This document shows positions 1 through 10,157 of a stretch of DNA of 64,000 nt, one piece after another. The stretch is from NCBI GenBank assembly GCA_024642485.1, contig JAHEAY010000002.1, positions 357 to 64,356 on the forward strand. The letters are read 5' to 3'. A program made the position numbers and the translations under genes. The notes beneath the pieces are model-generated. The model was not told the origin of the DNA, made no database searches, and saw nothing but the letters and a program-made list of their open reading frames with translations. Origin of the DNA: Cytophagaceae bacterium. Its GTDB lineage: Bacteria > Bacteroidota > Bacteroidia > Cytophagales > Spirosomataceae. Within the stretch, counting starts at the first letter, position 1; every line of letters starts with the position of its first letter.

Positions 1-23
1 ACAATCCAAATTTTCTTGTTCAT
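1..23 (-). CDS. 5' end of a gene running off the window (MNKKIWI..., looks like the start of a signal peptide)
   Basis: ATG at 23 on the minus strand after an A-rich stretch; TACCTTTG promoter motif at 61-54. Confidence 0.5.
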
Positions 24-159
24 CGTTTAAAAAATTAAAGGTTTGTTGTCCGGCAAAGGTATAAATAATTCAATATGCCTTGCCAATTTTTACATCAAAA
101 TGCATTTTCGAGGATAAACGTTCCTTTTCACTCCATAAATTTATTTTTAACTTGTATCC

Positions 160-2220
160 ATGTTACAAAATCTACCCAATCCGCCACAAGCAAAGCAAGT
201 TCCCAAAGCATTGACAATACATGGTGACGTCCGACAAGATCCCTATTTTTGGCTAAATAATCCCGAAGACCCTGAGGTCATCGAATACCTAAACCAAGAA
301 AATAGCTATACCGAAAGCGTTCTCAAACCCACAGAAGCGCTTCAAAACGAATTGTTTGAAGAGATGAAAGGGCGCATCGTGGCAGATGAACAATCTGTCC
401 CCTACTTCAATGGAAAGGATTGGTTCTACCACCGCTACGAAACGGGCGGCGAATACCCCATTTATTGTCGGAAGAAAGGCTCTTTAGATGCTCCTGAAGA
501 AATCCTCCTCCATGGAAACCAATTAGGAAAAGAGGAAGCCTATTTCGCCGTAGGTGGTTTGGCATTATCCGATAACGAACAAATTCTCGCTTATGCAACC
601 GATACGGTGAGTCGGCGGAATTACACCGTTCACTTTAAAAACCTTGCGACGGGCGAATTGCTTCCCGACAAAATTGAAAATACAGAAGGTGGATCTTATG
701 CGTGGTCGGCAGATTCAACGTACTTCTTCTATCTACTTCGTGATCCACAAACTTTATTGGCCTCAAAAGTATTCCGACATAAACTTGGCACACCGAGCAG
801 CGAAGATGTTTTGGTCTATGAGGAAAAGAACGAAGAATGCTACATGGGTTTGAGCAGAAGCAAGTCGAAGGAATATATTTTCTCGGTCTCCAGCCAACAA
901 GGCGTTTATTCGGAATACCGGATTTTGAAAACAAATAACCCGACGGGCAATTTCGAAGTGTTTCAGCCAGGAGAACGTGGTTTGGAATATTTCATTGAAC
1001 ATCAAGCTGATCGCTTTTTGATACGAACTAATCATCAGGATTCGACCAACTTTCAGTTGATGGCATGTCATGTTGATGGACCTAAAGATAAATCGACATG
1101 GAAAACTGTCGTTCCGCATCGCCCTGATGTTTTTCTGGAGGATTTTGATGCGACAACGGAATGGATTGCTTTGGAAGTTAAAACTAATGGGCTTTCTCAA
1201 ATACAATGGATACAAGGGGAATCGAACGAATTCATCCGCATGGATGAGGAGGTGTTCCAGGTCAATATCGGCATCAATGTGGATTACCGAGCTAAAACCC
1301 TTCGCTACAATTATACGTCATTGACCTGCCCAAATTCCGTTTTGGAATATGATGGTTCGACAAAAAAATCTGTCTTACTGAAGGAAGACCGTGTTCTGGG
1401 CGGTTTTGACAAAAATGAATATCAATCCGAGCGATTATGGGCTATCGCCCGCGATGGAGTGAAGGTACCTATTTCATTGGTGTACAAAAATGGCTACCAA
1501 AAAGGCCCCTTATTACTCTATGCCTACGGTTCTTATGGATACAGCATGGATCCTTATTTTTCATCGAGTCGTTTATCGCTATTGAATCGGGGTTTTGCCT
1601 TTGCTATTGCACACATTCGCGGCGGGCAAGAAATGGGACGTCACTGGTATGAGGATGGAAAAATGATGCGTAAAATGAATACGTTCACGGATTTCATCGA
1701 TTGTGGTAATTATTTGGTCAACACAGGAAAAGTAGAAGCGCATCGCTTATTTGCCCAAGGTGGTTCCGCGGGTGGCATGCTCATGGGCGGAATTATCAAC
1801 ATGGCTCCTAGCCTATTTGCTGGCGTCATCGCTGCTGTTCCTTTTGTGGATGTGGTCACGACGATGTTAGATGAAACGATTCCGTTAACAACGGGCGAAT
1901 GGGAAGAATGGGGAAATCCGAAAAATACAGACCATTACCACTACATGAAATCCTATTCGCCTTATGACAATGTGGTGCCACAGGATTATCCACATCTATT
2001 CGTGACGACAGGCTTGCATGATTCTCAAGTACAATATTGGGAACCTGCCAAATGGGTGGCCAAATTGCGAAAAACGAAGACCGACAATCATATTTTGTTG
2101 TTGGATTGCGACATGTCGGCAGGCCACGGTGGCGCCTCTGGACGTTACAAACGCTTCAAAGATATTGCGAAGGATTATGCGTTTTTGATTGGCATTAATG
2201 AACTGATTTCTGCGCAATAA
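160..2220 (+). CDS. ptrB: Oligopeptidase B (S9A serine peptidase)
   Basis: GGSAGG nucleophile motif, D in HDSQV, H in AGHGG, N-terminal DPYFWL. Confidence 0.92.
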   Translation: MLQNLPNPPQAKQVPKALTIHGDVRQDPYFWLNNPEDPEVIEYLNQENSYTESVLKPTEALQNELFEEMKGRIVADEQSVPYFNGKDWFYHRYETGGEYPIYCRKKGSLDAPEEILLHGNQLGKEEAYFAVGGLALSDNEQILAYATDTVSRRNYTVHFKNLATGELLPDKIENTEGGSYAWSADSTYFFYLLRDPQTLLASKVFRHKLGTPSSEDVLVYEEKNEECYMGLSRSKSKEYIFSVSSQQGVYSEYRILKTNNPTGNFEVFQPGERGLEYFIEHQADRFLIRTNHQDSTNFQLMACHVDGPKDKSTWKTVVPHRPDVFLEDFDATTEWIALEVKTNGLSQIQWIQGESNEFIRMDEEVFQVNIGINVDYRAKTLRYNYTSLTCPNSVLEYDGSTKKSVLLKEDRVLGGFDKNEYQSERLWAIARDGVKVPISLVYKNGYQKGPLLLYAYGSYGYSMDPYFSSSRLSLLNRGFAFAIAHIRGGQEMGRHWYEDGKMMRKMNTFTDFIDCGNYLVNTGKVEAHRLFAQGGSAGGMLMGGIINMAPSLFAGVIAAVPFVDVVTTMLDETIPLTTGEWEEWGNPKNTDHYHYMKSYSPYDNVVPQDYPHLFVTTGLHDSQVQYWEPAKWVAKLRKTKTDNHILLLDCDMSAGHGGASGRYKRFKDIAKDYAFLIGINELISAQ

Positions 2221-3043
2221 GCATGCGGTCATTGCCATGAAAGTCTTTGAGCAATTGAATATTTTCAAAACCTTGCATTTCAGTAAGAGCTATATTTTCT
2301 GCACCAAATGCCCGGTTGATTTCAAAACAAAGAAATCCTCCGGGTATTAATCGCTGCTGAGCCATCTCGCCAATCACCCGATAGAATACAAGCGGATCTT
2401 CATCCGACACAAATAAGGCCAAATGCGGTTCGTGGTCCAGGACATGTGATTCCATATCGGCCTTTTCTGCCTCCAACACATAAGGTGGATTGGAGACAAT
2501 GATATCCCAAACATTTGAGTCCTTCGTCCAATCAAAAACATCTTGTTGTTTAAAGTTGACTTGTGCCCCTAATTGGTCCGCATTTTCTTGCGCTTTTAAA
2601 AGAGCCTCTGGAGCGACATCCCAAGCGCTAACTTCCGCTAGAGGTGCTTCCAATGCAAGCGAAACGGCTATGCATCCGGAACCCGTTCCGATATCCAACA
2701 CGCGTTTTTTTTCATTTCCTATGAGATTCAATACCTGACTAACCAGCTCTTCGGTTTCTGGTCGGGGAATGAGCGTCGCCGCATTCAAAGAAAAGATTCG
2801 GTCGAAAAAATACGCCTTCCCTGTCACGTATTGTAGGGGTTCTCCGGCAGCGAGTCGGGATAAATCTTCCGCAAAACCAAGAGGCTCTTCGACGGCTTTA
2901 TCCATCAAAATATCCAAGGTATTGATCAAACAACGCATGTTCAGATAGGCATGCGAAATGGCCCTAGCTTCGTTTGCAGGGTATTTCGAGGCAATAGCTT
3001 GCTGAATTTGTTGAGATAATGCGTTTACTGATACAAGGGACAT
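2195..3043 (-). CDS. prmC: Release factor glutamine methyltransferase
   Basis: LIPRPETEELV, DIGTGSG and NPPY motifs; start moved from TTG 3130 to ATG 3043 because the extension crosses a palindromic repeat. Confidence 0.92.
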   Translation of the reverse strand: MSLVSVNALSQQIQQAIASKYPANEARAISHAYLNMRCLINTLDILMDKAVEEPLGFAEDLSRLAAGEPLQYVTGKAYFFDRIFSLNAATLIPRPETEELVSQVLNLIGNEKKRVLDIGTGSGCIAVSLALEAPLAEVSAWDVAPEALLKAQENADQLGAQVNFKQQDVFDWTKDSNVWDIIVSNPPYVLEAEKADMESHVLDHEPHLALFVSDEDPLVFYRVIGEMAQQRLIPGGFLCFEINRAFGAENIALTEMQGFENIQLLKDFHGNDRMLIAQKSVH

Positions 3044-3072
3044 ACGTGTTTTTTCGTTATGCTTAGGGCCTT

Positions 3073-3107
3073 TAGCTTTGCCAAACCTTAAAGGATTGGC
3101 AAAGCTA
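3073..3107. repeat. REP-like palindrome, copy 1
   Basis: TAGCTTTGCCAA-ACCTTAAAGGA-TTGGCAAAGCTA, perfect 12-bp arms; homologous to 28226 and 43289. Confidence 0.85.
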
Positions 3108-3122
3108 CGGAAAGCAAGGCTG

Positions 3123-3153
3123 TTTGGCAACGTAAAAAAATATCCTATATTTG
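3123..3153 (+). promoter_or_regulatory. Bacteroidota sigma-A promoter for the GMC operon
   Basis: TTTG (3123-3126), 19-nt spacer, TATATTTG (3146-3153). Confidence 0.7.
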
Positions 3154-3174
3154 ATACGTAAAATCCTATTACCT

Positions 3175-3738
3175 ATGAACATAAACAGACGGGACGCCAT
3201 TCAGCGACTCAGCATTTTAATGGGCGGCATGATTTCCGCACCTGCGATGGCTGGGCTTAACGGCCAAAAATCCCATGCTACTTTTGTGCAATTCTCAGCC
3301 GCACAAGAATCTTTAGTTGCTGAAATTGCCGATACCATTATCCCAACAACCGATACTCCGGGCGCCAAAGCGGCTGGCGTAGAGAAATTCATTCTGCGTG
3401 TCGTTCAAGATTGTTATCCAGAAGCCAACCAAAAAGCATTTGCTGAAGGCTTAGCTAAATTGGACTCCGATTGCCAAGCACGTTTTGGCAAAGGTTTCAT
3501 CGAGGCTTCCAACACGCAACGAAAAGAAGCTTTAACAACTTGTATGTTGGAATCCGATGCAACTCGAAAAAGCAAAAAAGGGCAGCCAACTTTCTTCTTT
3601 ATGATCAAAGAATTAACGACTACAGGCTATTTCACTTCGGAAATCGGAGCAACAAAAGCATTAGAATACTTGCCTATTCCGGGCAAATTTGACGGCTGTA
3701 TGCCATTATCACCATCACAAAAAACTTGGGCACTATGA
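3175..3738 (+). CDS. Gluconate 2-dehydrogenase subunit 3 family protein (Tat signal; partner of the GMC flavoprotein)
   Basis: NRRDAI twin-Arg start, IIPTTDTPGA and GYFTSEIGA motifs; ATG 3175 lies downstream of the promoter. Confidence 0.85.
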   Translation: MNINRRDAIQRLSILMGGMISAPAMAGLNGQKSHATFVQFSAAQESLVAEIADTIIPTTDTPGAKAAGVEKFILRVVQDCYPEANQKAFAEGLAKLDSDCQARFGKGFIEASNTQRKEALTTCMLESDATRKSKKGQPTFFFMIKELTTTGYFTSEIGATKALEYLPIPGKFDGCMPLSPSQKTWAL

Positions 3739-5447
3739 ATCTGAACATTGACGCAATTAAATCCATGACTTATGACGCAATCGTTGTAGGATCTGGCGTT
3801 TCGGGTGGATATGCTGCCAAAGAACTAACTGAAAAAGGCCTTCGTGTCCTTGTCCTTGAAAAAGGAAAGAAATTCGACCACGTAACGGCTTACGAACCGA
3901 GTTATAAAGATCCTTGGGATTTTAAATACAATGGCTTGTTGACCAACGAGCAAAAAGCTTCACACCCGAAACTTTCCCGCGATTATCCCTACAACGAGAT
4001 GACCGAGAAATATTGGATGAATGATGCCGATGCGCTTTACAAAGAAGTAAAACGTTTCGACTGGTTCCGTCCTGATATCGTAGGAGGAAAATCCATTATG
4101 TGGGGCCGACAAACCTATCGTCTATCGGACATCGACTTTGAAGCAAATCTAAAAGATGGTATCGCGGTGGATTGGCCAATCCGTTACAAGGACATTGCAC
4201 CTTGGTATTCCTACGTAGAAAAACACGTAGGTATCTCTGGCGAGGCGTTGGGATTACCTCAATTACCGGATTCTGAGTTTTTGAAGCCAATGGACATGTA
4301 CTGCGTGGAAAAAGAAGTGCGTCAACGCATCGAAAAGAATTTCCCGGGCCGTAACATGACGATAGGTCGGGTGGCAAACTTATCCGAAGCCAAAGAAGCG
4401 CAATTGAAAATTGGTCGGTCTGCTTGTCAATACCGCAATAAATGCCGCTTAGGATGTCCTTATGGCGCATATTTCAGTACGCAATCTTGTACTTTACCCC
4501 CAGCTGCAAAAACGGGATTATTGACCTTGCGTCCGGATTCTGTTGTTTCTGAAATCTTGTTTGATAATGCCAAACAAAAAGCAACGGGTGTGCGTGTCAT
4601 CGATACGGTTACCAAAGATGTGCGCGAATACTTTGCGAAAATCATCTTTGTTTGTGGTTCTACTGTAGCTACGACAGCTTTATTATTGAACTCAAAATCA
4701 GCCCGTTTCCAAAATGGATTGGGAAATGATTCAGGAGAATTAGGCCATAACTTGATGGATCACCACTTCCGCGTAGGTGCTGCTGGTACTTGGGAAGGCG
4801 ATGAAGATAAATACTACATCGGCCGTCGGGCGAATGGAATTTACATCCCACGTTACCGGAACATTGGCAATGACAAACGGGACTATTTACGTGGATTTGG
4901 CTACCAAGGTGGAGGTTCGCGTGGAAGCTGGAATCGCGGCGTGAACGACATGAGCTTCGGTGCGGATTACAAGGATGCGATGACAAAACCAGGCCCATGG
5001 ACGATGAACTTGGGTGGCTTTGGAGAAACATTGCCTTACCACGAAAATAAGATGTATTTGGATCCTACCACAAAAGACAAGTGGGGCATTCCAGTCGTTG
5101 TGTTTGACGCAGAATTCAAAGAAAATGAAATGAAAATGCGGAAAGATATGATGGAAGATGCCAAAGAGATGTTGGAAAGTGCCGGCTTGAAAAATGTTCG
5201 CGCATTCGACAATGGCTCTTACCCAGGTATGGCGATTCACGAAATGGGAACCGCACGTATGGGACGTGATCCAAAAACATCCGTGTTAAATGGCAACAAC
5301 CAGTTGCACGCTGTAAAGAACGTATTCGTGACAGATGGCGCATGCATGACCTCAACCTCTTGCGTGAATCCTTCGTTGACCTATATGGCCTTGACGGCTC
5401 GAGCGGCCGACTTTGCCGTGAAAGAAAGTAAAAAGAAACACCTGTAA
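3735..5447 (+). CDS. GMC family FAD oxidoreductase (probable glycoside 3-dehydrogenase catalytic subunit)
   Basis: GSGVSG FAD motif, CQYRNKCRLGCP Fe-S-type Cys cluster, HEMGTARMG, NPSLT; ATGA overlap with the upstream stop. Confidence 0.88.
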   Translation: MNLNIDAIKSMTYDAIVVGSGVSGGYAAKELTEKGLRVLVLEKGKKFDHVTAYEPSYKDPWDFKYNGLLTNEQKASHPKLSRDYPYNEMTEKYWMNDADALYKEVKRFDWFRPDIVGGKSIMWGRQTYRLSDIDFEANLKDGIAVDWPIRYKDIAPWYSYVEKHVGISGEALGLPQLPDSEFLKPMDMYCVEKEVRQRIEKNFPGRNMTIGRVANLSEAKEAQLKIGRSACQYRNKCRLGCPYGAYFSTQSCTLPPAAKTGLLTLRPDSVVSEILFDNAKQKATGVRVIDTVTKDVREYFAKIIFVCGSTVATTALLLNSKSARFQNGLGNDSGELGHNLMDHHFRVGAAGTWEGDEDKYYIGRRANGIYIPRYRNIGNDKRDYLRGFGYQGGGSRGSWNRGVNDMSFGADYKDAMTKPGPWTMNLGGFGETLPYHENKMYLDPTTKDKWGIPVVVFDAEFKENEMKMRKDMMEDAKEMLESAGLKNVRAFDNGSYPGMAIHEMGTARMGRDPKTSVLNGNNQLHAVKNVFVTDGACMTSTSCVNPSLTYMALTARAADFAVKESKKKHL

Positions 5448-5449
5448 TG

Positions 5450-5475
5450 AAAATGGGCTTCGGCCCATTTTTTTT
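5450..5475 (+). terminator. Rho-independent terminator
   Basis: AAAATGGGC-TTCG-GCCCATTTT plus T tract. Confidence 0.8.
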
Positions 5476-5480
5476 GAGCT

Positions 5481-6470
5481 ATGAAAAAAATACTTGGAAT
5501 AATTGGCCTCATGAGTTTGTCGGTCAGCGCCATGGCACAGTACCAGACCATCGGCAAAATCCATCGCTATGATGCAGGCTTGGATGCTTTGCTGGATACA
5601 ACAACCAAAATCGAAATTGTAGCCCAGGGATTTACTTGGTCGGAAGGCCCGGTTTGGGTGAAAAAAGAAGGCTATTTGCTTTTCACCGATGTGCCTGAAA
5701 ACACCATACATAAGTGGTCGGAGTCCAAAGGACTCGAAGTATTCTTGAAGCCTTCAGGATACACGGGCACAGGCGTTTATTCCGAAGAACCTGGCGCTAA
5801 TGGGTTGATCATTAATACAAAAGGGAACCTTGTTTCCTGTGAACACGGGGATCGTCGGATCGCGGAAATGCCATTGCATCACCCAGATCAGAAAAAAACC
5901 TTGGCACATACGTACGAAGGAAAGCAATTAAATAGTCCAAACGATTTGGTTCAGAAAAAATCGGGCGATTATTATTTCACTGACCCTCCCTATGGATTAC
6001 CCGGTCGCGGAAAACCAGAACCTGCCAAAGAACTCGATTTTCAAGGAGTCTATCGTATTGACACAAAAGGTCAGACGAGTTTGCAAATCAAGGATTTAGG
6101 TCGGCCGAATGGCCTCGCCTTCAATCCAGATGAAAGTATCTTGTATGTGGGCACCTCGGAACCTCCTACCTACATCAAGGCCTATCCGGTAGACAAGCAA
6201 GGTAACTTGGGAGAAGGACGTGTCTTTTTCGATGCGGCCGAATTAGCTAAGCAAGGCATCCGTGGAGGGTATGACGGCATGAAAGTGGATGCGAAAGGGA
6301 ATGTATGGACAACGGGACCTGGAGGAGTTCTCATCATCAACGCCGAAGGAAAACTATTAGGTAGAATCGCCACAGGAAATCGAAATTCGAATGTGGCCTT
6401 TGGAGGAAACGATGGAAAATACTTATTCATCACCTCCGACATGAATCTATTACGCATTAAACTAAAATAG
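5481..6470 (+). CDS. SMP-30/gluconolactonase family protein, exported
   Basis: Signal peptide; WSEGPVW, NSPND, PNGLAF and DGMKVD motifs. Confidence 0.88.
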   Translation: MKKILGIIGLMSLSVSAMAQYQTIGKIHRYDAGLDALLDTTTKIEIVAQGFTWSEGPVWVKKEGYLLFTDVPENTIHKWSESKGLEVFLKPSGYTGTGVYSEEPGANGLIINTKGNLVSCEHGDRRIAEMPLHHPDQKKTLAHTYEGKQLNSPNDLVQKKSGDYYFTDPPYGLPGRGKPEPAKELDFQGVYRIDTKGQTSLQIKDLGRPNGLAFNPDESILYVGTSEPPTYIKAYPVDKQGNLGEGRVFFDAAELAKQGIRGGYDGMKVDAKGNVWTTGPGGVLIINAEGKLLGRIATGNRNSNVAFGGNDGKYLFITSDMNLLRIKLK

Positions 6471-6490
6471 GGGGCTCGTGCCCCCTATTT
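6465..6490. terminator. Bidirectional terminator
   Basis: AAATAGGGGGC-TCGT-GCCCCCTATTT between convergent genes. Confidence 0.75.
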
Positions 6491-6493
6491 CTT

Positions 6494-7201
6494 TTATAAT
6501 TCCTTGATCTTAATATTTCGATACCAAACGGGATTTCCATGATCTTGCAAAGCAATGCGCCCTTGCATATTCACACCAAAACCTGGCATCGTTTTAAATT
6601 TCGAACCAGCAATCATTGCTTTCCAATTCGCATCATCCGTACGCGTCTCCACGACTTTAGATCCGTTTAAATATAATTGCAACAATCCACGGTTATTAAC
6701 AATCCGTGCCGTATTCCATTCGCCTACGGGCTTAGTCACATTCACAGACGATTTGATCAAATCATACAAGTCGCCTGAATTATGTTTGATAATCTTACCA
6801 TCAGGATGGCCCGCATCGTCAAGCACTTGCATTTCAGGTCCTGTATTATAGGTACTGTGGTATTTCGCAGGATCTTCCGTAACATTGAAAATAATACCAC
6901 TATTACCGTTTGGAGAGATTTTCCAATCAACTGAAAAATCATAATTCACATATTCCGCGTCGGTAATTAAATCGCCTCCGTCTTTTTTGGCTAAATCAAA
7001 ACCAATGATTCCATCTTCGATCGTCCAAGATGCCCCTACTTTTCCGGGTTTTCCGTAGGTATGCCAACCAGCAAAAGATTTCCCATCAAATAACAATTTA
7101 AACCCGTCTTTCTTTTCTTGCTTGGAAAGTGAGTTTAGCCCTTGCCCAAATGCCATCAAACCAGATGCCATGCAAGCACAAATCAATATCAATTTTTTCA
7201 T
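6494..7201 (-). CDS. DUF1080 family protein (3-keto-disaccharide hydrolase/hydratase family), exported
   Basis: LLFDGKS, GNSGI, EMQVLDD, GEWN and LQDHG...YRNIKIKEL motifs. Confidence 0.88.
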   Translation of the reverse strand: MKKLILICACMASGLMAFGQGLNSLSKQEKKDGFKLLFDGKSFAGWHTYGKPGKVGASWTIEDGIIGFDLAKKDGGDLITDAEYVNYDFSVDWKISPNGNSGIIFNVTEDPAKYHSTYNTGPEMQVLDDAGHPDGKIIKHNSGDLYDLIKSSVNVTKPVGEWNTARIVNNRGLLQLYLNGSKVVETRTDDANWKAMIAGSKFKTMPGFGVNMQGRIALQDHGNPVWYRNIKIKEL

Positions 7202-7325
7202 GTGGATAAATAAGTTTAAGAATTACAATACTAAAAAAAGAATTCAATACTTGTATCCCGCCTGCATGAAATTCCGACTGAAGCTGCAAATTAATTCGTA
7301 AATTGCACGCTTATTCAACATACGC

Positions 7326-8648
7326 ATGAAAACCAAAGTAAGCCCCAAGCCATCCATTAACATCGTTACACTCGGTTGTTCCAAAAACCTAGTTGACTCC
7401 GAAGTCCTTTTTACCCAATTAAAAGGTAACGGTTTGGAAGTAACGCACGAGGCAAAAAAAGACACAGCAAACATTGTTGTGGTGAACACATGCGGGTTTA
7501 TTGACAATGCCAAACAAGAATCCATCGATACCATTTTGCGTTACGCAGATGCCAAAGAGGCCGGTAAGATTGATAAATTATATGTAACTGGTTGCCTTTC
7601 GCATCGCTACAAAGATGATTTAGAGAAAGAAATTCCGATGGTCGATTCGTTTTTTGGAACCAATGAATTGCCTCGCTTGCTGAAAGCACTGAAGGCCGAC
7701 TACAAGCATGAACTCGTAGGCGAACGTTTATTGACAACGCCAGCACATTACGCCTATTTAAAGATTGCGGAAGGTTGCGACCGACCATGTAGTTTCTGTG
7801 CGATTCCCTTGATGCGTGGCGGACACGTTTCACGTCCGATGGATGAATTGGTCAAAGAGGCTAGCTCATTAGCGAAGAAGGGAACTAAGGAATTGATTTT
7901 AATTGCCCAAGATTTGACCTTTTATGGTTTGGATTTGAAGGGAGAAGGGAAATCAGGCCGACAACTTAAAGAACTTTTAGAGCGCCTATCTGATGTGCAA
8001 GGCATCGAATGGATCCGTTTACAATACGCTTATCCAGCAGGTTTCCCAATGGAAATTTTGCAAACCATGGCTGAGCGTGATAATATTTGTAAGTACTTGG
8101 ATATGCCGCTTCAAAGTGGATCCGATGCGATGTTGAAGCACATGCGCCGCGGAATCACCCGCGAAAAAACGGAACAATTAATTACCGACATTCGCGAAAA
8201 AGTACCAGGAATCGCCTTGAGAACGACGTTAATTTCGGGTTACCCGGGCGAAACAGATGCCGATTTTGAAGAAACATATTCATTCGTGGAACGTATGCGT
8301 TTTGACCGATTGGGGATCTTTAATTATTCACACGAGGAAAATACACATGCCTATTTAGTGCAAGACGATGTTCCGGAAGAGGTGAAGCAAGAGCGTTCGG
8401 ATGAGATTATGGCACTCCAACAAGGTATTTCGGAAGAATTAAATCAAGCGAAAATCGGCCAAACCTTTAAGGTCATGGTGGATCGCAAAGAAAGCGGATT
8501 CTTTGTGGGACGTACGGAACATGATTCCCCAGAGGTTGATAATGAAGTCTTAATTCCGGCTGAGCAATTTGCCCGTCAGGGAGATTTCGTTCAGGTGAAA
8601 ATCAATAAGGCAGAGGAATTCGATTTATACGGCGATATCGTTTCTTAA
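7326..8648 (+). CDS. rimO: Ribosomal protein S12 methylthiotransferase
   Basis: TLGCSKNLVDSE, NTCGFI, radical SAM CDRPCSFC, C-terminal TRAM-like PEVD. Confidence 0.95.
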   Translation: MKTKVSPKPSINIVTLGCSKNLVDSEVLFTQLKGNGLEVTHEAKKDTANIVVVNTCGFIDNAKQESIDTILRYADAKEAGKIDKLYVTGCLSHRYKDDLEKEIPMVDSFFGTNELPRLLKALKADYKHELVGERLLTTPAHYAYLKIAEGCDRPCSFCAIPLMRGGHVSRPMDELVKEASSLAKKGTKELILIAQDLTFYGLDLKGEGKSGRQLKELLERLSDVQGIEWIRLQYAYPAGFPMEILQTMAERDNICKYLDMPLQSGSDAMLKHMRRGITREKTEQLITDIREKVPGIALRTTLISGYPGETDADFEETYSFVERMRFDRLGIFNYSHEENTHAYLVQDDVPEEVKQERSDEIMALQQGISEELNQAKIGQTFKVMVDRKESGFFVGRTEHDSPEVDNEVLIPAEQFARQGDFVQVKINKAEEFDLYGDIVS

Positions 8649-9718
8649 TAACGCGGGATGGAATCATCCACTTCGCGCGACCAGGCATCAATGCCCCCCG
8701 CTAAGTTGATCAAGTTTTCAAAACCCAGACTATGCAGGTGCTTAATGACAAACATCGAGCGCATGCCGTGGTGACAAACGACCAATCCGGGCATATCCTT
8801 CGGGATTAAATCCACTTGTAAGTTGTTCATCGACATGCAGATGGATCCTGCAATTTGCGCCTCCTCCCATTCGAAAGGCTCGCGTACATCGAGCACAAAC
8901 TGAATATTGCCATTTTTAATGGACTCAAAAGCATCCGCAGGCTCCATCTCTACAGGAACCCATTCTTTCACAGGAAATATTCGTTCCTCCGCATCTGCCG
9001 AACGCTCCATCCGAAACTGATGCATACGCATAGAACGCACGTCCCAGCGCAATAAATGATTTTGGGCAGGGGAAGACATTCCTGTTAAATAAAATATTGC
9101 TTCTTTGGCCTGCATCAATCCCATCATGCCTGGCAAAAAACCTAGCACACCTGCTTCATCACAAGTGGGGATTTCCCCCGCCGACGGTTCATCCGGAAAT
9201 AAACAACGGTAAGTAGGTCCTGTACCATGGGCATTGCAAACAGCCAATTGGCCTTCCCACGTATGAATTGCCGCATAAACAAAGGCCTTACCAAATTTGA
9301 CACAGGCATCATTAATCAAGTATCTTGTGTCAAAGTTATCGGTACAATCCACCACTAAATCCGCCGATTGAACAAGGTGGTAATTAGTCCTGGAGAATTT
9401 CGATGGAATAGCATCTACCTGCACATTCGGATTCAATGCCTCAACATAATCTTTCGCCATCAGAACTTTCGACTGCCCTACTTGATCATTGCGATAAATT
9501 GTTTGTCGGCCTAAATTGCTCAAATCCACCACATCGTGATCAATGAGTGTCAAATGTCCCACCCCCGCAGCCGCGAGGTAAGGAATGACGCTAACGCCCA
9601 AACCACCTGCGCCAACAATAAGTACATGAGCCCGCGAAAGGCATTCTTGCATTTCGAGCGTCCATTCAGGAATGGCCAATTGCTTTTGATATCGGGTAAA
9701 TTCAGTTGAGCTTAACAT
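8645..9718 (-). CDS. MoeB/ThiF adenylyltransferase fused to rhodanese (MoeZ-like)
   Basis: GAGGLG, SNLGRQ, DCTDN, PTCDEAGV; rhodanese DVRE...CHHGMRS...GGIDAW. Confidence 0.88.
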   Translation of the reverse strand: MLSSTEFTRYQKQLAIPEWTLEMQECLSRAHVLIVGAGGLGVSVIPYLAAAGVGHLTLIDHDVVDLSNLGRQTIYRNDQVGQSKVLMAKDYVEALNPNVQVDAIPSKFSRTNYHLVQSADLVVDCTDNFDTRYLINDACVKFGKAFVYAAIHTWEGQLAVCNAHGTGPTYRCLFPDEPSAGEIPTCDEAGVLGFLPGMMGLMQAKEAIFYLTGMSSPAQNHLLRWDVRSMRMHQFRMERSADAEERIFPVKEWVPVEMEPADAFESIKNGNIQFVLDVREPFEWEEAQIAGSICMSMNNLQVDLIPKDMPGLVVCHHGMRSMFVIKHLHSLGFENLINLAGGIDAWSREVDDSIPRY

Positions 9719-9726
9719 GGGCAAAT

Positions 9727-9756
9727 AAAAAAAGCCTCCTTGGTTTCAAGGAGGCT
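9727..9756 (-). terminator. rpmB terminator
   Basis: AGCCTCCTTG/CAAGGAGGCT stem; A tract on plus strand gives the U tail on minus. Confidence 0.8.
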
Positions 9757-9781
9757 AATTTCGGTAAAAATCTTGATATAA

Positions 9782-10021
9782 TTAGATCGACAAAGTACCC
9801 TTACGAGCAGATGCGATTAATGTTTTCTCGAAACCGTTTTTGTTGATCGTACGGATTGCTTTCGCAGATACTTTCATACGAACCCAAACACCTTCAGACT
9901 CTAAGAAAAATTTCTTTGTCTGCAAGTTCGGGAAAAACTTACGCTTTGTCTTATTGTTCGCGTGTGATACGTTATTACCTACACGAGTTCTCTTTCCAGT
10001 TAATTGACAAACCTTTGCCAT
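9782..10021 (-). CDS. rpmB: 50S ribosomal protein L28
   Basis: CQLTGK..GNNVSHANNKTKRKFFPNL. Confidence 0.97.
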   Translation of the reverse strand: MAKVCQLTGKRTRVGNNVSHANNKTKRKFFPNLQTKKFFLESEGVWVRMKVSAKAIRTINKNGFEKTLIASARKGTLSI

Positions 10022-10077
10022 AATATGTTGTTTTTAAAATTGAATGCGTTCTAAAAGGATTTCCCTCAAAGGGATTG

Positions 10078-10109
10078 CAAAAGTAGGAAATATTTTGAAA
10101 TATCCCAAA
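10078..10109 (-). promoter_or_regulatory. rpmB promoter
   Basis: Minus strand TTTG, 20-nt spacer, TACTTTTG. Confidence 0.7.
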
Positions 10110-10157
10110 GGTCTTTACAAAATTTATAAAATGCCTTGGATTGTGTATCTTTGAGTC

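Noticed and set aside
3044-3130. N-terminal extension of prmC
   Set aside because: It translates the palindromic repeat and divergent promoter region; ATG 3043 is more plausible
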